A stretch of 64,000 nt of DNA, taken from positions 608,001 through 672,000 of the forward strand of contig CAVTLK010000001.1 in assembly GCA_963735595.1 (NCBI GenBank), in the 5' to 3' direction. Position 1 is the first letter of the stretch. Each line of letters starts with the position of its first letter. Position numbers and translations under genes: made by a program. The stretch comes from an uncultured delta proteobacterium. GTDB taxonomy: Bacteria > Desulfobacterota > Zymogenia > Zymogenales > Zymogenaceae. Below are positions 55,258 to 64,000 of the stretch, piece after piece. The notes below the pieces were generated by a model that had not been told where the DNA came from, did not search any database, and saw only the letters and a list, made by a program, of their open reading frames with translations.

Positions 55258-55755
55258 TTATTTATAGTGGCTCAGAACCTCCGCCAACATAGCCGGCTTC
55301 ATCCTTCCATGCACCTCTTCGTCAACAACCACAACCGGCCCCAGTCCGCAGGCTCCGAGGCACCGCACCGACTCCAGAGAGAACATGCGGTCGGCCGTCG
55401 TCTCGCCTTCGCTAATCCCGAGGCTGCGTTTGAGCGTCTCCGCGATGGCCCTGCCCCCCCGAACGTAACAGGCGGTACCGAGACATACCCGGCAGGTATG
55501 CTTGCCGCGCGGTACCATGGTGAAGAAGGAATAAAAGGTCACCACCCCAAAGACCTGTGCCCGCGGAACCCCGAGGCCTTCGGCAATAAGCTCCTGGATT
55601 GAGACGGGCAGAAAACCGAGAACGCCCTGGACTTCTTCAAGAACCGGGATAAGCCCTCCGGGCTTACCCTTAAAACGCTTGATTATTTCGTCAACTTCCT
55701 TGAGTTGTCCCGGGGTAAATTCCTTGGCTATATCAACGTCCGGCAGTTTCTTCAT
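55258..55755 (-). CDS. NuoE/HydC-like [2Fe-2S] subunit
   Basis: GVVTFYSFF, VCLGTACYVRG, CLGACGLGP. Confidence 0.93.
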   Translation of the reverse strand: MKKLPDVDIAKEFTPGQLKEVDEIIKRFKGKPGGLIPVLEEVQGVLGFLPVSIQELIAEGLGVPRAQVFGVVTFYSFFTMVPRGKHTCRVCLGTACYVRGGRAIAETLKRSLGISEGETTADRMFSLESVRCLGACGLGPVVVVDEEVHGRMKPAMLAEVLSHYK

Positions 55756-55797
55756 AAACCACTCCTTACTTACTGACCATTACAGGAATCACATATT

Positions 55798-56347
55798 TTA
55801 TGCTGTCGCTCCTAACTCCCTGGTTCCTTCCTCGATATCACCCCTGATGAGTGAGAGTACTTCCACGTGTTCGATAGGGACGTCATCGAGTTCGCACTTA
55901 ATTGCTCGCGTATCCAGCCGGTATTCCCGGCCGTCTTTCCTATGGGTGTAGACGAAATCAACGTGCGGGCTTCCCGCGATAAGGCTGATGATCGTCAGGG
56001 CCACATCACCGAGAGGCTGCCGATCGATATTCGAATGCCCGAACGTTACGGTAACCGTGGTGCCCTGCCCCTGTATCGAATCCAGCTTGAAGCTCCCATC
56101 GGCCAGCTCCGCGGCCAGCTTCAGCATGGGAAGGCCCAGACCCACGCGTCGCACCTTCTTTGGTCGTATAGAAGGGATCGAGCGCCTTTTCCCGTTCGTC
56201 GTCGCTCATCCCCTTTCCGTCATCGCTTATCTGAAGCGTGAGCGTATCGGCCTTCGTATCCTCGACAACGGTGATCATTACCGTCCGGCATCCGGCACGT
56301 ATCGAGTTTTCCGCGATATCGAGGATATGTTTCGAAAGTTCCAGCAT
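55798..56347 (-). CDS. Stand-alone HATPase (histidine-kinase-like ATP-binding) protein (frameshift)
   Basis: ELSKHILDIAENSIRAG, DDGKGM, DPFYTTK, VGLGLP, IDRQPLGD. Confidence 0.85.
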
Positions 56348-56350
56348 TGC

Positions 56351-57093
56351 TCATTCGATAACGCATCGCCCCTCGGAGTACGCTATGGCCAGTTTCACCT
56401 CTTCAAACGTCGCCTCGGCCAGCCTCATCGTGGTTGCTGCCGAGCCGATATCGGAAAGGCAATGGGCGTCCGACGACGCGATAAAGGGATAATGCGACAG
56501 ATCCGGATATCGTTTCCGCGCCTGTGCGTACCCCAAGTGCCCGGGAGATCTCCAATGCGTCAAGGCCGCTGTCGTTATCTACAAATCCCAGCTGACTGAT
56601 GACCGAAAAACTCTCCCGGTCTATATGCGACGCAATGGCAAGCCCCCCAAAGGAATGAATGATCCCGATCAAATCGCTCATCGGGATTTCGGTCGCCCCG
56701 ATGAGAAGGCGCTCATTGATCCGTTCCACCTCTCCCTTTTCATTCACGACGGCCTGGCACCCAAAGAGGCGCTCGTCATTTCGGCCCGGGAGACGGTCAT
56801 AGACGATCTGTCTGTATTTCCGGCGAGGCTCGTCAAGTACCCGGCAAGAGCGCCAGTATATGAACCTCCTCGCTCGTGGTGATCTCCATTCCCGGGATAA
56901 TTCTAAGCGGCTCACGCTCGGCCGCCCGTATTACGTACCGAACGTTTTCGGCGGTGTTGTGGTCGCATATCGCAATCACATCGAGCCCCCTGGCTACCGC
57001 GCCACGGACAAGCGCCGCCGGATGCATATCGAGGTCGGCGCAGGGTGAAAGGCACGTGTGAATATGAAGATCACAGCGATACTCCCTGAACAT
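56351..57093 (-). CDS. PHP-domain phosphoesterase (frameshifts)
   Basis: DLHIHTCLSPC, CDHN, GMEITTSEEVH, SHIDR, SSDAH. Confidence 0.87.
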
Positions 57094-57216
57094 GCTCACG
57101 ACCCCGAAACCTGACCGAACGGCACAACCATCGAGATGCCCCGCCCCGGTGACGGTCCTGTTTCTTTTGCGCATCAGGAAAGGAGCTATGCCACCGTCGG
57201 TTCGGCAAGAAGAACC

Positions 57217-57562
57217 TTATTCTTCTCGCGCCGCAATGAGTTGATATATCCTTGCCGGCTGTCTCAAAGCAGGGAAGCTTCGAAACCATAACCGGGACGT
57301 TCTCCTGCACCGCCTTTTCGAGCGTTTCCCGGGCCGGTTCGTTATTGTCAACCAGGATGATCCCGGCAAGGTCCTTAAGCGTCGCAACGGCGACGATATT
57401 CTGATGTACCTGGCGCGTAACCCAGATATCTCCCTGCTTACTGTTGGCGATCACGTCAGACAGGAGGTCGCCGACATAGCCGCCGTTGACTTCAACCGTG
57501 AGATTCTGCGCTCCCGACCTGACCACCAGGTTGAGATTTTTAACGATAGAACCGAGTTCCAT
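57217..57562 (-). CDS. DRTGG-domain protein (frameshift near the 3' end)
   Basis: GGYVGDLLSDVIA, IWVTRQVHQNIVAVA. Confidence 0.8.
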
Positions 57563-57581
57563 TTCTCAGCCCGCCTTATCG

Positions 57582-58038
57582 TTATGAAGCATCGGTGATA
57601 TCGACGACCATCACCAGCCTGGTTCCCTTTCCGACCTCCGAGGTAATATCGAAGTCGTCAGCGTATCGGTCAATATTCACCCAGCCCCATCCCCGCGCCG
57701 AAACCCATCTCCCGTATCTTGGCCGTCGAGGTGCTGTACCCCGCCTGCCTGGCCAGGTCGATGTCGGGGATACCTTCCCCCTCGTCGACCACCTCGATGA
57801 CAACGTGATCCTCGTCCACCGACAGCGTGATATCACCCCGCCGGGCATAACAGACGATGTTCATCTCCGCCTCAAAGGTGCAGATGGCGGCCTTCCGAAT
57901 CACGTCGAGGGGCAGACACATCTTCTTCAGTATGCCCTTGATGCGGCTCGAAACCTTGCCCGCGTCATCGAAGTCGCCGCCGGCGACCGAAAAGGTGTCC
58001 GAAAAGGACGGTTTTCTATCCGCGTTTTTTTCCGGCAT
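57582..58038 (-). CDS. Anti-sigma-factor-type Ser/Thr kinase (RsbT/SpoIIAB-like)
   Basis: FEAEMNIVCYA, DEGEGIPDIDLA, GYST, GFGAGMGL. Confidence 0.85.
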
Positions 58039-58390
58039 CTACCTTATCCACGCAGCCGACGATCCCCCATCTGTAGAGCCGTCCCGCAGTTTCGAAGAGG
58101 ATGTACCGCGTCATGAGGATGGGTATCTTCAGTTCCTCGGCAAGTTTGACGGTCTCCGGAGGCGGTACCTTACCCCGGACGATGATGATGGCGGCGATAT
58201 CGAGGATCTCGGACGTGCGGATCACCTGCGGATTCGTCAGGCCGGTTAACAAGCATGGTGCCCGGTCGGGCGAACGCGAGCACATCGCTCATCAGGTCAG
58301 CGCCGAAGGCGGTATCACCTCCTTTTGCATCTGATCCTGTCCGACGACTACTTCGGCATCGAGTATCTGTCGTACCTCGCTAAGTTTCAC
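58016..58390 (-). CDS. DRTGG-domain protein (frameshifts)
   Basis: MKLSEVRQILDAEV.., GADLMSDVLAF, TGLTNPQVIRTSE, VRGK. Confidence 0.8.
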
Positions 58391-58506
58391 GTAACCGGGT
58401 ACCTCATAACTATTTGGTTAGCAGAGCCCGCCGTTGGCGCCGATCGAATGTGCACGCGACATCCGATACTACAAGCGTCTCCTTATCCGCTGTCCGTCAG
58501 TTCGGT

Positions 58507-59935
58507 CTATCTCGTCGCTATTTCTTTTTTTCCGTTCATCACGTAGGCGTGCATGGCCTGCGCGGCTTTCCTTCCGGCGCCCATCGCCAGGATGACGGTG
58601 GCGGCGCCGGTAACGATATCGCCGCCGGCATAGACGCCCTCCCGCGAGGTCAGGCCGGTCTCTTCGTCGGCGACGATGTTGCCCTTCCTCCCGGTATCGA
58701 GCCCCGGGGTCGTTGCGGGCACGAGCGGATTCGGGCTGTTACCGATGGCCACCACGACCGTATCCACCGGGTATCCTGAATTCGGACCCCTTGATCGGAA
58801 CGGGTCGCCGTCTGCCGGAATCGTCGGGCTCACCCAGTTCCTGTTTCTGGCACTCGATCTCCCTGACCCAGTTGTTTTCGTCACCGATGAACGCTATCGG
58901 GTTGGTAAGAATGTGGAACTGAATCCCTTCATCCTTCGGCGTGGTGGACTTCTTCTTTTCTGGCCGGCATTTCTTCGAGCGAGCGCCGATATATAATATA
59001 CGCGTTGTCCGCCCCAAGCCTCAGCGCCGTCCGCGCGCTGTCCATGGCGACGTTGCCGCCGCCGATGACCGCCACGTTCTTGCCCAGCACGATGGGTGTA
59101 TCGTATTTAGGGAAGAGATACGCCTTCATGAGGTTGGAGCGGGTGAGATACTCGTTTGCCGAGTAGACCCCGTTGAGGTTTTCGCCGGGAACGCCCAGAA
59201 AGAGCGGGAAGCCCCGCCCCGGTGCCCAGGAATACGGCATCGTACTCGGACAAGAATCGTATCTACCGTCCGGATTTTGCCAATGACATAGTTGGTGACG
59301 AACTTCACCCCCATCTTCTTGAGATAGTCCGACCTCGGCCTCGACGATCGCCTTCGGCAGACGGAACTCGGGGATACCGTAGACGAGCACTCCTCCCGGT
59401 CTTGTGGAGGGCCTCAAAGACGGTGACGTCGTGGCCCAGGAGCCTGAGGGTGCCGGCCACCGTCAGCCCCGCGGGGCCCGATCCCACCACGGCGATCTTC
59501 TTGCCGGTGGAAACGGCGATCTTCGGCACCTCGACCTTTCCGGCGTTTCGCTCGTAGTCGGCGGCAAATCTCTCCAGACGCCCGATGGCCACCGGATCGC
59601 CCTTTTTGGCCAGAACGCACTTCACCTCGCACTGCTCCTCCTGGGGACAGACCCTCCCGCAGACGGCCGGCAGCGCGTTGGTCTCCTTGATCTTTTTGGC
59701 CGCGCCGATGAAATCCCCGGTCTCGATCATCGAGATAAATCCGGGTATATCGATTTCGACCGGACAGCCGGCAACGCAGCTCGGCTTTCTTGCACTTCAG
59801 GCAGCGTTGCGCCTCGCGTATCGCGGTCTCTTCACTATACCCAAACGGGACCTCATTGAAGTTTTTGCCGCGAACCTTGGGATCCTGTTCCGGCATTTTT
59901 TGCCGGGGAATTTGCATACGCTCTTTGGCTTCCAT
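58507..59935 (-). CDS. nfnB: NfnB / NADPH-dependent glutamate synthase small-chain-like flavoprotein (multiple frameshifts)
   Basis: NALPAVCGRVCPQE, GSGPAG, GGVLVYGIPEFRLP, GGGNVAMD, GGDIVTGAATVILAMGAG. Confidence 0.85.
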
Positions 59936-59944
59936 GGTTATCCT

Positions 59945-60782
59945 CTATTTCTTGAGCGCCTGATTGAGAAAGCAATCCAGGGATTCGTGTTCCTGTTTCA
60001 TGTAGGTCTTCTGACGCATCATCAGCTCTTTGAAATCCACCTGATGCCCGTCAAATTCCGGCCCTTCCACACAGGCGAACTTGGACTTACCGTCGACCGA
60101 AACGCGGCACCCTCCGCACATGCCGGTGGCGTCAACCATGATGGAGTTCAGCGATACGACGGTATGGATTTTGTAGGGCCGCGTCACCTCGCTGACGGCC
60201 CGCATCATTACGACCGGGCCGATGGCCACCACGATATCGATCTTTTCCCCGGATTTAATAATCTCCTCGAGTGCCTGGGTAACGAACCCCTTCTGCCCGT
60301 AGGTCCCGTCATCGGTCATGACGATAAGCCGATCGGAGACCTTCTTCATCTCCTCTTCGAGGATAAGGAGGTCCTTGGTTCGGGAGCCGATGATGGTGAT
60401 GACCTTGTTACCCGCCTTCTTGAGCGCCTCGGTAATCGGATACATGGGCGCTACCCCCACGCCCCCGCCAACACAGACTACGGTCCCGAACTTTTCTATG
60501 TGGGTGGGCCTGCCGAGGGGACCGGCGAGGTCAAGGATGTTGTCACCCTGGTTCATCGTCCCGAGGAGTTTCGTGGATTTGCCGACTTCCTGAAAGATAA
60601 TGGTAACGGTGCCCGCCTTTGGGTCGGCGTCCGCGATGGTCAGGGGAATTCGCTCCCCCTGCTTCGTTGATACGAAGCACGATAAACTGTCCGGCCTTGC
60701 GCGCCTCGGCGATCTCACGGGCTTCGAGAACCATCTTGACAACGTCGGCCGACAGCCGTTCTTTTTTCACAATCTTTGCCAC
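59945..60782 (-). CDS. nfnA: NfnA / sulfide dehydrogenase-like FAD/[2Fe-2S] subunit (frameshift)
   Basis: GERIPLTIAD, GPLG, GGGVG, MVDATGMCGGCRV, ACVEGPEF. Confidence 0.88.
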
Positions 60783-61030
60783 TTCAGGCTCGCTCCTTTA
60801 TCACATGGTATATAGTGCGTCGTGTCGATCGTTTTTTCGCAAAATTAAGGACGCCGTCCCGGAGAACCGCTTCGATAAATTCCTGATCACACATAGATAT
60901 CCGGCGTCCTGATTCATACCGCTATCGGCTGGACTTCCGGGGCCGGCCTGTTTGGCCGGCCCCGTATCCTTACCAATCTGTTACGTACATAATCAGATTC
61001 TTACTGAAAAAACTTCGCGCCGCTACGCCG

Positions 61031-62278
61031 TTACGCCTTCTTGGGCGCGGGAGCCTTATAAGGAGCGCGAGCAGGAATCCGACGACGAGAAACGCCGCCG
61101 CTATGTACAGGGCCACACCCTTGAACTGGGCAAAGACCCACGGGCCGATGATTCCGGCGGTTGCCCACGCGGTCAGCATGAATCCGTAGACCCTGCCGAT
61201 GTAGGTCGGTCCGAACGAGTCTGCCGCAAACGCGGGCATCGTCGCGAATCCGCCGCCGTAGCAGGCCAGCAGGTAGCAGGCGATGACGGTAAACAGCACC
61301 GCAGCCACCGACCTTCGGAAGCAGGATGTAGAGGACGGCCTGCGTGGCGAACATGATCATGAACACGGCCTTGCGCCCGATCGTGTCCGATATCCACGCC
61401 CAGAAGAGCCTGCCGAGGCCGTTGAAGATCGACGCGATGGAAAGGATCGTTCCGCCGGCGACCGCCAGCGCGGCCGCAAGCTTGACGGGATCGGTCTTCT
61501 GTCATCGGTCTTTTTCAGCACTTCCTGCGCCATCGGGCGACAGCTGTGAGATAAGGCCCAGGCCCGCCGATACGTTCAGGAAGAGCATGCCCCAGAGCAT
61601 CCACCATTGCGGGCTTTTTCTGAGCCTCAGCCGCGGTAAATGAACCGGCGGCCGACGTTGCCGTCTTGGACGGGGTGAATCCCTTCGGCAGCCATCCCTG
61701 GGGCGGGTTCTTATAGAACGAAGCCGCACCGACACAGAGGACCAGGAAGATCGCGCCAAGGATGTACCACGTATTGGCGACACCCATTTTGAGGATCATC
61801 ACCGGGGCAAGCTTGCCGATAAAAAAGGCACCCCCGCCATAGCCCATAACGGCAAGGCCGGTCACCAGGCCGCGCTTATCCGGAAACCATCGAATAAGCG
61901 TGGCTATCGGCGTTACATACGCGGCGCCACCACCCATACCGGCGAATAAGCCAAAGCCGATATAGAGGAGGACTATGCTTCCGACGGAATCGGCTAGACC
62001 TGCCATCATCGTGCCGATACCGAACAGGATAGCACCGATGGTCGCCACGAAACGGGGACCTTTTTTGTCAAGAATACTGCCGCCGAACGCTGCCGAAAGG
62101 CCGGTAAACGCCATCGGATCATAAAGGTAACCTGCACCCCGACCTCTTCCCAGCCGTGTGCTTCCATGAGCGGTTTCTTGAAGACCGACCATGCGTAGAC
62201 GGAGCCGAGGCAGAGCTGCATCACGATCGCCGCAACGGCTATCCACCAGCGCTTCATTTCTAAATTTTCTTTACTCAT
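61031..62278 (-). CDS. OFA-family (oxalate/formate antiporter-like) MFS transporter (multiple frameshifts)
   Basis: GSVYAWSVF, WFPDKRGLVTGLAVMGYG, YGGGFATMPAF, YGFMLTAW. Confidence 0.87.
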
Positions 62279-62488
62279 TATTGCATTCCCTCTCAGAACT
62301 GTTATTGACGTAGCGTACAGTGAAACCGGCCTGTTCCGGTTTGCTTTCCACGATTCTCTTGGCTGTCTCTATATTATGCTCCCTCCCCTCCATGAAGCAG
62401 GACGTGTATCCGGGGCGGGGAGAAAGCGTGGTTCAATAATAGTATGAAACTGACGCTCAAGGGCGTCGCGTAACGCACTCTCTTGAAA

Positions 62489-62542
62489 TGAATGAGTACT
62501 CATTCACGCGACGACTGTAACATACGCCCTATTTCCTGTCAA
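62489..62542 (-). promoter_or_regulatory. sigma70 promoter with an 18 bp palindromic operator at the predicted start site
   Basis: TTGACA-17-TACAGT (with upstream TG), then 7 nt, then TGAATGAGTACTCATTCA (62489-62506). Confidence 0.8.
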
Positions 62543-62807
62543 GGGAAAATATCGTCATTCTTTCTATCAGTATTTTACTACTCGGTCTGCACCGCGACCT
62601 AATAAACCGCTTTGTTGTGCGGGCGTGAAACCGGATAGGATACAGCAGCCGCATCAGAATAACATATCAGTATATCAAATCGGGTATTTTCAGTCAATGA
62701 TTTTGTTGAAATTGGCTATGATATGTTATTGGACGACCCATCCCGTTGTTCGGTTTCATCGCCGCCCCCCCATTTGGATCGACTCCCGACACCGGGTGTT
62801 GGGTCTT

Positions 62808-64000
62808 TCATTCCGGGGATATACCGGCCTTCACCCTGCCGCCTGCCGTAACCGCCTGCCCCAGGGCAATCCCGCCGTCGTTGGTTGGCACGCGGCGGTG
62901 AGTCAGTACCTCAAGCCGCGCCTTTTCGAGCGAATCGATCACGCCGGCCAGGAGCAGCCTGTTCTGAAAGCATCCGCCGCTCAGCGCCACCCGGCCGATC
63001 CCCGTTGTCTCGGCGATTTCTTTTACCGTCTGAACGATCCCGGCAATCAGCGTCGCGTGAAACGCCGCCGCCAGGTCCTGACGGGAGATACCGGCATCCA
63101 TTCCCTCGACGATTGCGCGAATCGTACCGGACAGGTCCAGGACGACCGTATCGTCCTTCAGTATGACTTCGAATGGGAGGATATCCGCGGCCCCTGCCGC
63201 AGCACACGCCTCAAGCTCCATCGCGGCCTGCCCTTCGTAGCTCACGCTTCTCTTCAATCCAAGGATTGCCGCTACTCCGTCAAATACCCGGCCCATGCTT
63301 GTGGTTACGGGGCTGTTGATATCCCGGTCTACCATTCGCATGAACGCCCCTTTCGCGGCGCATTCCGGCACCAATCCAAGCCGCTCGGCAATACCCTGCC
63401 ACCGGCTTCCATACGCGGTCTTTACGAGGCTTGCTCCCGTCCGCCACGGCTCACGGATAGCCGCCTCTCCTCCCGGAAGGGTAAAGGGGGCCAGGTGTCC
63501 CGCCCGTTTGAACCCAACCCGGTCCGCGATGAGCCATTCTCCGCCCCAGATTGTCCCGTCCGTGCCGTAGCCGGTCCCATCCAGCGCCACCCCGATTACC
63601 GTGTCCGATACCCCGTTTTCCGCCATGCAGGATACGATATGGGCGTGGTGGTGCTGGACCATGTGAACGATCGCCCCCTTCATACGCCGAGCCGCATCGG
63701 TCGTGAAATAGCCCGGGTGAAGATCGCAGGCGACGACCTTCGGCCCGCATTCGGTTATTCGCTGCATGAGCGCGACGGTCTCGTAGAAAAAGCCGCGCGC
63801 GCCGGGCGTATCCATGTCGCCGATATAGGGGCTCATGAAGGCCAGGTTCCCTTTCAGGATGCACACGGTTGACTTCAGGTGCCCCCCGACGGCCAGAACC
63901 TCGGGATACGATTCGGCAAGGACGATCGGCCCGGGGACGTACCCCCGTGACCGGCGCAGTATCGCCGGCCGCTCCCCCACCACCATCGCGATCGAATCGT
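62808..64000 (-). CDS. hypF: Carbamoyltransferase HypF (5'-truncated by the window)
   Basis: RRSRGYVP, QHHHAH, DGTGYG, WGGE, TSMGRVFD, PTNDGGIALGQ. Confidence 0.95.
   Translation of the reverse strand, partial: DSIAMVVGERPAILRRSRGYVPGPIVLAESYPEVLAVGGHLKSTVCILKGNLAFMSPYIGDMDTPGARGFFYETVALMQRITECGPKVVACDLHPGYFTTDAARRMKGAIVHMVQHHHAHIVSCMAENGVSDTVIGVALDGTGYGTDGTIWGGEWLIADRVGFKRAGHLAPFTLPGGEAAIREPWRTGASLVKTAYGSRWQGIAERLGLVPECAAKGAFMRMVDRDINSPVTTSMGRVFDGVAAILGLKRSVSYEGQAAMELEACAAAGAADILPFEVILKDDTVVLDLSGTIRAIVEGMDAGISRQDLAAAFHATLIAGIVQTVKEIAETTGIGRVALSGGCFQNRLLLAGVIDSLEKARLEVLTHRRVPTNDGGIALGQAVTAGGRVKAGISPE

Noticed and set aside
60783..61030. Rex operator upstream of nfnA
   Set aside because: Only half-site-like matches; no convincing TTGTGAA-N4-TTCACAA palindrome.
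62270..62393. About 40-codon ORF in the transporter leader
   Set aside because: No clear RBS, overlaps the real start and has no telling composition.

Overview
A 64 kb chromosomal window from a GC-rich anaerobic bacterium; the gene content resembles Desulfobacterota/Deltaproteobacteria (inference). From left to right it holds: (1) the ffh-rpsP-khpA-rimM-trmD operon; (2) a Vor-type 2-oxoacid:ferredoxin oxidoreductase cluster with a divergent acyl-CoA synthetase; (3) tRNA-Ala, a PadR regulator, an acyl-CoA ligase and an LpxL-like acyltransferase, then tRNA-Glu; (4) an envelope glycosylation locus (two ArnT-type enzymes, GT2, flippase-like protein, UDP-sugar epimerase); (5) a 16 kb co-oriented cluster of PAS-rich kinases and receiver proteins with no recognisable output domain; (6) tRNA-Pro(GGG) followed by two single-gene cassettes, each closed by a copy of the tRNA 3' end plus terminator; (7) thrS-infC-rpmI-rplT-pheST-ihfA, tRNA-Val and hfq; (8) a redox cluster with a selenocysteine formate dehydrogenase, NuoE/NuoF-GltD/thioredoxin-like Fe-S subunits, a DRTGG-kinase-PHP regulatory module, NfnAB, an OFA-family transporter with a perfect 18 bp operator, and a partial hypF. 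Many genes, including essential ones (rpmI, pheT), are split by single-base indels, which points to sequencing error rather than pseudogenisation. The best leads are the tRNA-Pro-anchored cassette array, the output-less phosphorelay cluster with a VanZ-like/ferritin-like/receiver protein, and the Sec-FDH/Nfn cluster with its embedded regulatory module.
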